Part shown: in pieces, positions 1 through 13,639 of the stretch
Position numbering within the stretch: position 1 is the first letter of the stretch
Layout of the letters: each line of letters begins with the position of its first letter
Source: Geosiphon pyriformis uo1
Lineage: Eukaryota > Fungi > Glomeromycota
Length of the DNA: 64,000 nucleotides
Assembly: GCA_016748015.1 (NCBI GenBank)
Contig: JAAOMT010000752.1
Span: 132,976-196,975, forward strand
Reading direction: 5' to 3'
The notes under the pieces: generated by a model
The model's input: the letters and a program-made list of their open reading frames with translations, nothing else
Database searches by the model: none
What the model was told of the DNA's origin: nothing
Made by a program: the position numbers and the translations under genes

Positions 1-791
1 TTCCAAATGGTGATAAGGAATATGGGAAAACATACTTGAGATTGTGATAACAAGTATTTAGAGCATAGAAAGAGAAGAGAGAATGTAAAGAGTAGAGGAA
101 AGGATGAACTGCTCACTATAAAACTATAGCGAAGAGTTGGCTCAGTATTGAACTGATACTTTCCTGAACTGACAGAGAGGCTGTATATATAGCTAAATTA
201 CATCAGATCTACATACTATATTAGAACTATTTAAAATACATCAATTATTTATATACATTTAATTAATCAATTTATAATGAGCTTACTCAACATGTTATTT
301 TCTCAGAGCTAGTGATTTTTAGATGATCAGATTTAGATAGCTGAATCTAGAACATTAATTGTCAATCAATGATACCAATTGTGATTATGATCAACATAAT
401 CAGAAGTAGATCAATTGATTACATTTCTTGATAACTACTTTTAATCATTGATTGCAGATCTGGAATGTTAGATTGTTCTAATAAGGACATATAAGAATTT
501 TGAAGCATAACAAAATCTGTTGTTATCTGATTACATGCATCAATCATTCATTTCCATTGGTGTTTCTTAGTTTGCCAAAATTTCTTTATATCCAACTTAG
601 TTAAACTGTTGGATTGTGCCATATTTCTTTGTTGTAATTAGATTAATTGTTAATTATTTATTTCCAGATTGCCAGCTGATTTTGTTAATTAAGTGAGATA
701 ATGTAGGCTTTTTTCGCATAATTTTGATGTTAATTTCCATTGTATGTGTTGTAATTTTTGTATTGAAAAGTGTGAAAATCTTCTGGTAACA
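1..791 (-). repeat. LTR (family D), left part outside the window; inserted into ORF1 of LINE-1
   Basis: Ends ...CTGGTAACA at 791 (TGTTACCAG on minus strand, the same terminus as the element B LTR). It interrupts the LINE ORF1 exactly after KPQGV when compared with the intact copy at ~6730. Degenerate homologues lie at 41270-41404, 58408-58643 and 59330-59990. Confidence 0.75.
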
Positions 792-1290
792 ACACCTTGA
801 GGCTTCCCTAACACTTTTTTGGTTTTTATACACAAACCTTTTGGCATTTGATTAGGATCCTCTTCCACAAAAGCACCACTTTCACCATAGTCAACACTGG
901 TTTCTTTAACCAAGCACTCCTCCTCTATGTCAATACTCTCAGACTCAGTAGTGTTATCTGTCTCTGAACTCCATGAATGAGCACCAAGAGCTTCAGTAGC
1001 AACCCCTTTATTATAAATATTCTCTGCCAATACACCTCCTTTCCTTTTCTTCCTCGATGCAACCACCTTGAAACCACCCTTAGAACCAGAAACTTTAATA
1101 GTCTTCTTCATAACAGCAATAACAGGACCAACAGTGGCCTCATAATTGAAGAACAGTTTTGATTTATCATACTAAATAGTAAAAAACTTCTTTCGAAAAA
1201 AACTTTTGATTCTTTTTTGGGAATTTTGAACGAAGGAGAGAAAGAAGTTTATAACTTTTTTGTACATATAACACTGACTATTAATAATAA
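792..1290 (-). mobile_element. LINE-1: 5' fragment (5'UTR + ORF1 N-terminus MKKTIKVSGS...) of the same family as LINE-3
   Basis: ORF 689..1111(-) is nearly identical to 6428..6745(+) until the LTR junction. The 5'UTR matches the reverse complement of 6291-6427. Confidence 0.85.
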
Positions 1291-1299
1291 ATAAATATA

Positions 1300-4200
1300 A
1301 ATAACCAAAAATTGTTATTAGACTTTGCTTTATACTTTATTAGTTAGAATAAATACATATAATTTTTCTAATCTATTAATATCTTATGAAAAAAAAACTT
1401 ATTCTATTGGCTATAATTTAAGTTTTTATATATGTAACAAATATATTGTAATTTGTTTTGCTAATAAGACATTTAAAAAAGCTGTTGTTAATTCTATTCT
1501 AGTTTTTAAGAATATAAATTTATATTGGGCTGGTTTTTCTTTGGCCTATTGTATTTAGTATAAATAATTAGATCATGTTTCTGATATATGTTCAGTGAAT
1601 AAGAATCTAGATAGTCATAGTAAAAAAATAGTCAATTTTCAAAATCAGATTTGTTTAACAAATATATATATATAAAAATAGACACTAATTGCTTATCCAG
1701 TTTTATTTAATAAAAAAACTTAGGTTCAAATTGATAATGAATCTATATTTTATTTGATATTTTCAGTTTCTTTTGGCATTAATTTATCTTTGAATGTTAA
1801 ATTTTTTCTGCTGGTTTTTCTGAAAGTAAATAACAGATTTTTTGCTCTTAAATACAGTTTTATTAATTTTATAAAATAAGTCAATAATCTGGCTAAGAGA
1901 TTAGATGAACTTGGATTAATAATTTTCTAATTTAGTTTTGGATATTAGCCATTGGTGATTTTTTTATTACAGAATTAAGAAGCAAATATAGTAATAAATA
2001 AAAATTTAGATGTAGCCACTAGTAGTAAGATTGTTACAAAGACAACATTTTTAGATTTGTTAATAATTTATAAGTTAGAAAATAATATAAAGAGTTTTTT
2101 AGATATAGTTTTGGATTTTTTAGCCAAAATAAACAATATTAGTCTGAATTTAGAATTTTATTTATCTTAATAACTAATTTTGTTTAAAAAATCACTATGT
2201 GTAATGTTAAAAATATAAACAATTCTGCTAAACAAGAGAATATTACTTATTGGCACAAAAAAATAAATAATTTGATTTCTATTATTATTAAAACAAAATT
2301 AAAGAGAAAAATTCATTTATAAATTATTAACAAATTTGATAATATTTAAATGTTTACTTTTAGTTTGAACTCTGATTATCTAGATTTTGGTATTACAATT
2401 ATTATAAACATTGTATTAGTAAGACATGTATACAAAGCTTCAAAAGTTGCTGGTTAGTTTTTATTTATTAGGCTGCTTTTCAAAAATAAACTTTCTATTT
2501 CGATTTTGAAGCTATATACTAATACTGCATTGACAACATACTTGGCTTAAGCTAAAAATATAAATTTATTAATTGTAAAGACTATAAACAAATCTTCTTT
2601 TGTGATTTTAGATAGTAATTTTAATAAAGATAATTTTTGCAAATGTGTTAGTTTTAAAAAGTACTTTGATCTGAAACTAATTAATTTTTTAATAGAAAGC
2701 TCAATTGTAAAAATTCAACATGAAAAAATTTTAAAAGTGCTAAAAAGACAATTGACTACATATTTGTTTTTTAAGTCTAATTAATATGATAGTAAATTAT
2801 ATAATTCTAGATATTAATAAGTACTTTAACACTAATTATTAGGCTGTTTCTGTTTTTGTAGAGTTAAGTGGTTTGCTTAATATATAGTTAAACTCTCTTC
2901 ATAAACAGACTAATAGAAATTGTTAAAAGTTTGATTTCAAAAATTCTAATGATATCAAATAATCCAGATTTAAAAATACTATGATAAATAATACCACAAT
3001 ATTTTCTGATAAGTTTATTATATCTAAAAAATTTTCAGATTTGAATACAATATAAGATGTTATTTATAAGATAGTAGGCCTATTAATCAACAAGATATTC
3101 AAGAAAAAATGGTTCAAAAATTTTAATGATGTCTTTATTAAAGAATTTTTTAGGTTTTATAAGTTGGAAGTTTTAGTTTTAAAAATTATTAGATCTTTAT
3201 ATATAGGGCTCAATGATGAGTTTATTTTTTTAATGAGCCATTGAATGTTTCTGAACAGTAATAAAGCATTAAGTGTTTAGATTTTTTTAGACTTTGGTAC
3301 TAGTTTTGATTGTGTAAAGTCTGTTTTGTCTGGTGTAAAAAAATTTTATTGTGTCTCTAAGCTTATAGAGTTACTAAGAACTAAAAAATCAATTATTAAA
3401 TCTGCTATTAATAAACAGATAGAAAACCTTGCTATTAATATAAATCATATAATCAGAAATGTATTGAAGCATTTATTTTAAAAGATGGTTTTAAATTATT
3501 TGGTTGTTAATAATAAATTGGTTTTAAATTCTAATAAAATTAAATTCAAAGTTAATATAAAAATAAAAAGTTGAACAAGAAAGAAGTTGGTGTTGAATAG
3601 TGTTTTTAATTTATAGTATTATTAATATTTGCATTTAGATTATATTAATGATAGTGTTTTTTCTGAAATTATGAGTGTTATTACTTATAATAATATGTTA
3701 TAAATGATTAAGGACTTGCTTAATAGAAAAGCTGTTGGTTTGTTTAATATTATCAATAAATTTTAGAAATATTACAATGTTTTTGTTCTTATAATGCTCT
3801 TGGATTTTTTGAATTTCTGTTTAATATATAAATCTGTATTTTAATTTTGGAAAAAGACTTAAATATTAATAATTCCTAAACCTTATAAATAGAAAGATAT
3901 TTTAATTAATACTAGACCTATTGTAAAATTTGACTATTTTTATAGAATATACAGAATTCTGTTAAGTAATATTATTTAAAAAATAGTTTGGTTTAAATAA
4001 AAATATGTAATTGGTTTATTAAGTTTTTTGGCAGTATCTATAATAATAGAAATAATTGAATCATAATAAGTTTATTAATAAGTATTAAATACATAATAGT
4101 TTAGACCAGAACAAAATTTTCTCTTTTTTGCTCTAAAAAATTTTTTATGATCTTCTCTTATGTAAAATAAAAAAACATAAAAGTTTGTGTAATTATTATA

Positions 4201-5854
4201 TTAATATTAAGCTTGTTATTAAAACTAGCAGAATTGAAAACCAAGCTAGAATAATTTTCTACTTAGTGGCTGGTATTTTTGTTAATAATATAATTTAGAT
4301 AAAAAATAGTCAGACTATTATTCAGTATATTTTGAATATTGCAAGTAAATTTTTTAATATTAATAATATTTTTATTAACAATAAAAAAACAGTAGTCATT
4401 TCTATTAATCAGAAAATCAAGAATGCCTTTTTGTTAATAAGTGGCCAGCCAATATTTATTGCACAAAAAAGAAAGTTTTACAGATATTTGGGTATTTTTT
4501 TATTATCTGATAATTTATTTAAACTCAGTCTGGCAAAAATTCATTTAGATATTAAGTTTTTTGCTAATTTGGTTTAGAAAAAAGTCATTTTAGATAAACA
4601 GTTTTTTTATTTGGTCTTAATCATACTGTAACTTATAGTTGATTACAAAATTCAATTTAGTTTTGTCTCTAAAAATGTATACAAAAAATGGAATATGCTA
4701 ATTAGGAGAAGTTTGAGAATAAAAACTGGTTTGTTAAAGAATTTTTCCAATAAGACTTTTTATTATTTATCTTTGTATGACTTAAAGACATTTAAGTAAA
4801 TATAAGCAGAAAATAAAATAGTCTCTGTATTAAGTTTTGCAAATGCTAATAGCATTTTTAGTTATTTGTTTAATCATAGATTTTTAGATTTGCAAATGTT
4901 CAATTAGTCTCCCAATTATTTTCTGTAGTATTTTGTAAAGTTAAAAATCAGTCTAGTTAACAATTTTTTAACTAATATAATAAAATTTTTTTTTGGATTA
5001 TGATGTTTTTTTTGTAAACAATTTACTTTCTGCATTTCATTTTTCTGGTAGCACTTTGATGTCTTCTGTTTTGGGAAGTTCAGTATTTTATAATATTTGT
5101 TATTTACTTAAAAAGTTTGGTATTGCTTTTATTAAACAACTATCCAATAAAAAGATATTGGTCTTTAATTGGAAAAGCTTTTGTTATTGAAAAAGACTTG
5201 ATTTTAAGAGTCTAGTTTTTGTTTGGTTCAAGTTGGCATGTAATTATTTAGTCAATAACATTTTTTATTTTGCTAATTAACCACTTATTAATAGCTTTTA
5301 GTCTTTGAATATTCTTGATTTTAATTGTTTTTTTGCAGAAAAATATTATTTATCTGATGTTAATTTAGATGTTATTAATATTTATATGAACAAATCTTTG
5401 AAAAATTTGAATATATGTGCTATAAAATATAATGCAGCTGCATTTTTTATTAACTTAAATTTGAGTATGTGTATTAAAGTTAGTGATTTGATTTTTTTTA
5501 TTTTGCTAAAATTGCAGATTATTGCTTTAATCTTGAAATATGTTTTTGTTTTAGTATTATAATAGTACATTTAGATAACCAAACTGCTTTAAATATATGT
5601 ACTGTAGAATTAAATTCAGTTCTGTCAGATTTTTACAATTATTATTGGCTTAAGAAATATTGCATTGTAAATTCTGTTAAATATAAAAATTTGGATGTTG
5701 TTTGGTTTAAAATTAGAAACTATTTGGATTTTTTAAGTAATAAACATGCTAACAAACTAACTGATATAGCTGCATATTTAAATTTAGTGCTTTTTATTCT
5801 CATTAAAAATATATATATTAGAGCTAATTATGAATATAAATTGAAATTACATAT
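1300..5854 (+). pseudogene. LINE-2: heavily degenerate non-LTR retrotransposon (ORF1 C-terminal half, ORF2 APE-RT-RNaseH), cut by an LTR at 5855
   Basis: Fragments ILDSNFNKD (APE GGDFN), YRYLGIFL (RT thumb) and IYMNKSL/WFKIRNY..SNKHANKL (RNase H) are collinear with LINE-3 and LINE-4. Many stops arise from C>T/G>A changes. Confidence 0.8.
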
Positions 5855-6290
5855 TGTTATTCAAATAAAAAAACCAATCTGAAAAATATTGAAAAAAATA
5901 TGATTAAAAACATAATAACTTAAAAAAATATAATAATATAAAATAATACAGAATAATATATTATAATTCAAGATAATATAAGATAATATACAATAACATA
6001 AAATAACTAACAATAATATAAAATAATTAATTATAATATAAAAAAATAAAGTAATAACAGAAATAATAAACAATAGCTAATAATAACAAGTAATTAAAAG
6101 CAATCTTATAAAATTAAAAAATATATATAAAAGTTAGTAGTATTAACAAATAAAAAAAAACAGACAGAAAATAAAAACTTATTTCCAAAAAAACATATTT
6201 TAGCTTTAAAACTTAATAAATTTCTTTTATTTTATTTTTTCTATATTTTTATATTTACAATTAAATAAAAAATATTGTTTAATTTACTCA
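5855..6290 (+). repeat. Degenerate LTR (A-like U3), left part; split by LINE-3
   Basis: Begins TGTTAT. It has ATAAYAT-type repeats and 'AAAGCAATCTTATAAAATTAAAAAATATATATAA..GTAGTATTAA', homologous to LTR A 15444-15790. Confidence 0.6.
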
Positions 6291-6427
6291 ATAACTTCTT
6301 TCTCTCTTTCATCCAAAATTCCCAAAAGAGTCAAAAGTTTTTTCAAAAGAAGTTTTTTACCATTTAGTATGATAAATCAAAACTGTTCTTCAATTATAAA
6401 GTCACTGTTGGCTCTGTTATTGCTGTT

Positions 6428-8227
6428 ATGAAGAAGACTATTAAAGTTTCTGGTTCTGAGGGTGGTTTCAAGGCAGTTGCATCGAGAAAGAAAAAGAAGA
6501 GAGGTGTATTGGCAGAGGGTATTAATAATAGAAGAGTTGCTGCTAAAGCTTCTGGTGTTTGTTTATGGGGTTTTGAGACAGGTGACACTACTGAGTCTAA
6601 GAGTATTGACATAGAGAAGGAGTGCTTGGTTGAAGAAACCAGTGTTGACTATGGTAAGAGTAGTGCTTTTACAGAAGGAAATCCTAATTAAATGCCAAAG
6701 AGTTTGTGTGTAAAAACCAAAAAGGTATTAGGGAAGCCTTTGAGTGTGATTAATTATGGTACTGTCAATACAAATGATAATGTATTAGATGATTTCTTTC
6801 TTTTTCCACCCTCTCTACCTATCAAACCATCTGTTCAAGTACCTGTTCACAAATCATTTGGTTTAGATATTGATCTTGTGGCCATCGCTGAGAAGTCTTT
6901 TCAGAAAAAATTGAGTTTTATCAGGAAAATTTTTTCAAGTGTGAATAGTTTTGGGGGGGCTTCTACTCCCTCAAAATTTGGTGAAATTATTCGTGTGACT
7001 TTTACTTTGGAAAAGGCAATGATGGCTGCTGGGAAGTTGGCAAATGATCATAGTATTGTGGTAAACACCAATCTTAAGTGCTCTGTAAACAACCATACGA
7101 ATTGGGCAATTGTGTTAAAAAAAATTTCTGTGGAAACTTCTATTGAGACTGTACACGCAGCTGTGTCTGTATTTGAACAAATTAAAATGATCAAAATGCA
7201 ACTGGTGGGTTTATGACAAAAGGTGATCATCGAATTGGAAGATCAAAGTCAGGCTGCTCTGTTGGCTGTTGAATGGTCGATCCTCATTGGTAAAGATGCA
7301 GTTTGTGTGATCAGGGCTGATATCAATAAACAGACATGGGATATTAAAGATAAATTTAGGACATTGCTCTACACTCTTCTTATAGGAACAATGGCTTATG
7401 ATTTGTGGGATTTCATTGGTTTTGTGGGTGAGAAAACATGCTTAATCAAATACAACTTTGTTAATTATACTCATGCATAATGTGCTACTGTGTGTTTTGG
7501 TTTTGAAAATAACATAACTTGGGCTGTGGCCAATACACCAGTTATAAAAAACATTGGTCTCTGCTGGTCATATTTGGTCACCTCTTTATGTTCTGTTTGC
7601 AATTCTCTAGGTCACTCAAGTTTGGTTTGTAAATCAGCTGGTGCGTTCTCTATTTCTAAGAGCAAGAGGGCTCTTTTCTCAGCCCAGGATAAGTTTAGAT
7701 TGGCCAAAATTTATAAGAAAAAATCTGCACCTGTTTCTAGGCCTCTGGCTTTTGGTGGAAAAACTTGGGTGAATGTGGTTGGCAAATTTTCCTTCCATGC
7801 GCCTTCTGATAGTCCATTTTTACTTGGTTCCATCAATAGTAGTAAACCTATCTCTCTTGTTGGTAGTGTTTTAGAGATTTGTCTAGTCAGTATTGAGAAC
7901 AGTCTTATCAACTTCACAGAACAGATTAGTGAATTGACTAAGAGGTTGAATTCACTTATACTGGTGGTTTCCCAATCTAGCTCTAGATGTGAGCTGCCGG
8001 TGACCCCCCTATCTCAGATTCAAGAGAAGGATACAGTGATGAGAGTGGGTTCAGGTAAAGTCACTAGTGATGAGACTGTTATGATTGTGGACCTTTTGGC
8101 ATCCTCCCATGTTGTTAAGTTGGAAAAAATGTTGGAAGGACTCTTCAAATCTGTTTTAAGCTTATCTGTCTGTTTCGATAATTTGGTTTTAGCAAGTAGT
8201 GTGTCCTCACAAACTTCTTCTCAATGA
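6428..8227 (+). pseudogene. LINE-3 ORF1 (nucleic-acid chaperone: RRM-like region, CCHC knuckle, coiled coil), in-frame stops
   Basis: ORF pieces 6428, 6692, 7223 and 7490 are all in one frame. CSVCNSLGHSSLVC knuckle; heptads IENSLINFTEQISELTKRL. Confidence 0.85.
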
Positions 8228-11200
8228 GTGAGCTGATCTGAAAAATTGCCATATGCAATATTCATGAGATGAACAATCCTGCAAAACAAGATGATGTCAT
8301 TCATTGACACAAGGACATAAACAATCTTATTTTTATTGTTACGGAGTCAAGGCTTAAAGAAAAAATATGACTCTGGATAACCAACAGATTTGTTGGTGTT
8401 CAGGTGTTTACTTCTGGTCTGAATTCTGGTTATCTAGGTGCTGGTGTTGTAATTATTATGAATTTTTCTTTAGCTAGGCATGTATGTAAAGTCTCTAAGG
8501 TGCTGGGTCAGCTCTTATCTATTAAATTACTTTTCAAAAACAAACTTTCAGTGTCAATTTTAGGACTTTACACTGGTGCATCTGTGGCAGTTTGGTTTTT
8601 TTAGGCTGATGTAATCAACTCTCTTATTACAAGGGCTGTTAATGAGTCTTCTTTTGTTGTTCTTGGCAGTGATTTTAATGAAGATGGGACTCATAGGTGT
8701 GCTAGTTTCAAAAAATGCCTTGATTTGGGGCTGGTTAATTCTTTGGTTGGGAGCCAGACCTTGAAGATGCCTACTTGGGCAAATTCTAAAAGTGTTCAAA
8801 AAACAATTGATTTCATGTTTGTTTCTTCTAATCTGGTTAATGCACTAGTACATCATAATGTTTTGGATGTTAGTGAGCATTTTGACATGGATCATCAGGC
8901 TGTTTCTGTGTCTTTGAGTTTGGGTGGGCTTTTGGACACATGGTTGAACTCTTTTTGCAAACAAGCAAACAGGAACAAATGAAAATTTGATTTCAAGGGT
9001 GCTAATAAAAATAAATGGGTTAATTTTAGGTGTGCTACATTGAATAATGCCACAATGTTCATGAATGCATCAGAAAAGTTTTTAGATCTAGATGCTATGT
9101 GGGAGATTATTCGCAAAATTATGGTTTTTTCGGCAAATGAAGTGTAAAAAAATGGTTCAAGAGCTTTAATGAAGTCCTCACCAAAAAATCTTCAAGGTTT
9201 CACAAGTTAGAGCTTTTAGTTTCTAGGATTATCAAGACATCTTGTGGAGAGATGTTGAGTGTTTTGATTCTCTCATGAGATGTTAGAATTCTCTGGATGG
9301 TGATAGAGCTTCGGTCATTTAGTCTATAATAACTTCTAGTGTAGACTTTGGTCATGTTCATTCTGCTCTTTTAGGTGCCAAGAAATCCTATTGTGCATCA
9401 AAGCTTGCTGAATCTCAGTGTGCTAAAGATGCAAATATTAGGTCTGTCATTGATAAAAGGATGGAGAGTTTTGAAATGAATAAGGGTTACACAATAAGAA
9501 ACATGCTTGAACATTCGTTTCATAAAGTGGTGCTCAATTACTTGGTTGTTGATGATGAACTGATTTTGGAATCTGATTTGGTTAGGTCTAAGGTAAATGT
9601 AATCATGGAAGGTTGGACCAGGAAATGTCAGGTAGTTGATAGTGTCTCAGATGATTGGTGCCACCAATACCATCCATTGGAGTATGTTTTTGATGAAGTC
9701 TTTTCTGGTGTAATGAATTCAGTCAGTTTCAATAAATTGTTTAAGGTAGTTTCTGATCTTCCTGATAACAAAGCTGCCGGTTTGTTGAAGATATCTAATA
9801 AACTTTGGAAACATTGTGATAAGCTGGTTCTGGACATGTTTTTGGTGCTTTTAAATTTTTGTTTGACTGGTGAATCTGTATCTGGTCTTTGGAAAGAGAC
9901 CTGGGTCTCGATAATTCTCAAATCTTATAAGTAAGAAGGCATTTTAATAAATACACATTCCATTGTATTACTCGAAATGATTTACAAGATTCTTTCCAAA
10001 ATTCTCTCTAATAGGATTTCTACAGTCTGCAATGCTTTTAATGTTCTTTGTGGAGACAATTTTTTGGTTTTGAAGGGTATAATTACTCAGTCTCCCATTT
10101 TTGCTATCAGTTCAATAGTTGAAGATGCCTTGGAGAAGGACTGGGAACTCTGACTGGTTTTGCAGGACATGCGAAAAGCTTATGATTCAGTCAGCTGGGA
10201 GCATCTTGAGAAAAGTTTGATTAGGATTAAAATGTGTAGCAAATTCATTCAATATTTTGGTAGTATTTACAGAGATCGTACCAACCAAGTTATAACAGAT
10301 TTTGGTTTGACTAATGGTTATCATGTTTATGATAGTTTGGATCAAAGGGAAGTTTTCTCTTCACTTCTGTGGCACATATTTTATAATCCTCTGTTGTGTA
10401 AGGTCAAGAGACAGGAAAGTGTATGTGGATACAGATTAAACTCTTATTTTGTCTCCAAAAGTGGTTGCCCTGAATCTCAAGCTGGGCTCTCTTCTTTTTT
10501 TGCTGCTGGTGCTTTTGTTGATAACACAATTTGGATTGGTAGCAGTTAGACTGCTACTCAACATATTTTTAATGTTGCTAGTGAATTTTTTCAGGTTAAT
10601 GATATCTCAATTAATAATGACAAAACAGTGGCCATTCTAATTAATAGTCAAGTCAGTAGTCCTTTCCTTTCTATTAGTAGTTTACCCATCTCTATTGCCA
10701 AAAAGAAGGAGTCTCATCAGTATCTGGGTATTTTTCTTTCAACTGAGGGTCTTTTGAGATCTAGTTTAGCTAAAGCACATTTGGACATTCAATTTTTTGT
10801 CAATTTGGTTCTAAAAAAAACTGTCTCCGATAAACAATTCTTATACTTGGTGTCAGCAGTTCTCCAACCCATAGTCAGTTATCAAACACAATTTAGTTTT
10901 GTTCCGGTCAGCATCTGTAGCAAATGGGATGCTCTGATTCGTAAAGGCTTAAAGCTTAAGTCTGGTTTCTCCCTCAATTTTCCTAGTAATATGCTTTATC
11001 ACCCTTTTTTTTATGGTTTGAAATCTTTTTCACAAGTTTAGTCTGAATGCAAGGTTGCCTTTCTTGTCAGTTTTGTAAACTCTGGTGGGATTTTGGGTCA
11101 CCTGTTTGTGCATAGGTCTCATAATTTACAAGTCCAGTGTTGACATCCTGTTCATCTATTGAGTTTTCCTGTTTGTGTTCATGTCAGTGCTTTTAATAAC

Positions 11201-12897
11201 TTTTTGGTGGGCATAGTCCATATTCTTCTTGATTGCAATTTGTCTTTGGGTGGCTTTTTGGCCAACTCTTTTTGGTTCTGCAGTAGCATTCCCATGTTTT
11301 CCATTCTGGGCGAGTTGATGTTTTCCAGATTTCTCTCTTCTCTCTGGAGGTTCAGTGTTGCTTTCGTGGACCAACTTCATAATCGTCATGGTGCTGTATT
11401 TGATTGGTACATCTTCAAGCAGTGGAAAAGGCTCAATCTCTGTGGCCCTATCTCTGAGTGGTTTAAGCTTGCTATGGTTTTTCTTAATAGTGTGAATTCT
11501 CTCCCTGCTGGTCCTCTAGCTTTGGATGGTGCTGTTTCTCTGAACATCCTTGATTTTGATGATTTTGTTTCTATTCATGACTGTTTTTCTTGTGTTGAGT
11601 CAAGTGACATATCTGTATACATAGATGGATCTCTGAAGAATTTGGGCACAACAGACTGTAGAGCTGGTGCTGTCGCTTTTTTCGAGAACATTGGTTTGGG
11701 CCTTGGTGTTGGTGTTTCAGGTTTGATGTCATCTACTTTGGCAGAATTGCAGACTATTACATTGGCCTTGGAGTGTGTTCCTGCATCTAGTTCTGTTCAG
11801 TTGTTCTCAGATAGTCAATCTGTTCTGGATGCATGCAAGTCTGAATTGAGTTTTGTGTATCCAGATTTTTGCAATCAGTGCTGGGTAGAGCGCCGACATA
11901 TTGCAAACATTATTAGATATAAGAACTTAAGTGTTAATTGGCACAAGGTAGAAGGTCACTCTGGCATTTCTGGAAATGAGCATGCTGACTTGATTGCTGG
12001 TGCTGCTTCTCTTTCTGGTTGGCATCTTATTCCTTGCTTGGATGAACATTTTATAGTTGCTAATAATAGTGTAGTTTCTGAAAATTCCAAACATTTTGTT
12101 TGCAATATTTATCACTCCATTTGTTGTGCATATTGGGAAGTTGATTTTGGCTCTAAGTTCTTGGCTAATAGCTTGCTTTCTGAGGTAGATTGGCCCTGCT
12201 CCTCGCTGGTTTGGCATTCTGATTTGCATATGGCCACCAGTTTTACTAGCAAACCTTTGGTTGGCATCCATACTTATTTCATGAAGACTTTGCATCATCA
12301 GCTTCCTGTTGCAGTTTGGAAGTGCTTCTACAATAGACATTATCTTGGTGTGCTTTGTTTATATTGTGGTGAGGTGGAGACTTTAATCACGTGTTTTTTT
12401 GTAAAATCGACAATTCTACTTGATCCCATATATTGAACTCTCATGTCAATTCTTGGAAAACTCTTTCTGGTTTATCTCATTCTTTTTCTTGTGTGTTGTA
12501 GCTGTTATCATCTTGTGTTTCTGATTTTTCAGTCTCTATAGCCCTTTATAAAGGTTTTGTGTTTAATGGTTGGTTTCGTGAAGCTGTTTCCATCTTTTAT
12601 GATCCAAAGGTGGCTGGTTTGGAGATTGTTAAGTTTGTAAGATCTTTTGGTCTCGCTTTTAGAGATAATATCTGGTTGGTCTGAGTTAAATATCAAGTCT
12701 ATATAGAGAAAGCCAACCTAATTCCACTAGATGGTTTGGTTTTTGCAACAGTTTCAGGTTTGGCTTCAGAGTTTTCTGCTGGTGTGGTCAAATTGCTTGG
12801 CATTGCTAAGGCATTGGGTGTTTGTTTTGGTTTTCGCAAATCATGTTTATTTTTCTCAGATATAAATGACTCTGTTTCTGTTTATATAATTGTATAG
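8224..12897 (+). pseudogene. LINE-3 ORF2 (AP endonuclease - reverse transcriptase - RNase H - CCHC)
   Basis: GSDFN/TIDFMF/DH (APE); QDMRKAYDSV, DQREVFS, FVDN (RT); YIDGS, LAELQ, SDSQ, KVEGHSGISGNEHAD (RNase H); CLYCGEVE..HVF.C. The ATG overlaps the ORF1 TGA (ATGA 8224-8227). Confidence 0.9.
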
Positions 12898-13027
12898 TAA
12901 TGTTCTAATCGGCCCAAGTGGCTGGTTACATGTAGTAAATGCATGATTCACACTTAGTATAAATTATTTTTTTGATGTATAGCACTAGATAGTGTTTGGA
13001 CCTCACTTGTAAAATAATATAAAAAAA

Positions 13028-13636
13028 AATTTACTTATATATTATTCTCAAATTTGTGTTGTTAAAATCAAATTAATCATGTTTTTTATCCTTATTTTAG
13101 ACCAAATATTCTTAACATAAACAGCTTTAGAACCCTAATAATTTAAACCAATTGTTCTTAATTATAGTAATTAAAAATACTAATTTTTTTTTTTTTTTTC
13201 TTTTATTTTTAATTTTTTTTTCAATTATTTTTTCTTGATTCTTTTTTTTTGATAAAATGATAATAATAAAAAAATTGACTGTTTAGAAATAAACTTTGTG
13301 ATAGTTTGGTAAAAAAAAAGCTTTTTTTAGGTTTAAATATTAATTTTATTTTGTTAACTTACTAAAAAAGTGAAAAGACAATACTAAATCTTAACAATTA
13401 TGTTTAACTAGCTTAAAAAAATAGTTTATATATATTTAATTACAAACAGTTAAATCACATCTTTGTGTTTTATAACCAAAAAATTTTATAGATAAATTTA
13501 TATTAATTAAAAACTTTCAGAAACTGATAACTTTGATTCACTATTTATGCAAACAAAAAAAACTTTTAAGCTTTTTTATTTAAATATAAAACACTAAACA
13601 TTACTATTATATCTTACCAAGTTTATTTATTATAAT
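13028..13636 (+). repeat. Degenerate LTR, right part (continuation of 5855-6290)
   Basis: 'AATTGTTCTTAATTATAGTAATTAAAAATACTAATTTT' plus the T-tract and 'GATAGTTTGGTAAAA' resemble the R/U5 of LTRs A and C. The right end is approximate. Confidence 0.5.
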
Positions 13637-13639
13637 GTT

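Larger units (their letters stand above)
6291..13027 (+). mobile_element. LINE-3: full-length non-LTR retrotransposon (pseudogenised), poly(A) tail, ~10-bp TSD
   Basis: 5'UTR, ORF1, ORF2, 3'UTR and A-tail to ~13027. TSD AATTTACTCA (6281-6290) / AATTTACTTA (13028-13037). Confidence 0.9.

Noticed and set aside
1300-5854. Alternative genetic code (TGA=Trp or TAA/TAG=Gln) to explain in-frame stops
   Set aside because: Stops replace Arg, Gln and Trp codons at copy-specific positions and co-occur with frameshifts, which fits C>T/G>A decay.
5861-6073. Hydrophobic I/L/F/Y-rich ORFs (also 14057, 60201, 62777) as membrane proteins
   Set aside because: Compositional by-products of AT-eroded LTR/LINE DNA.
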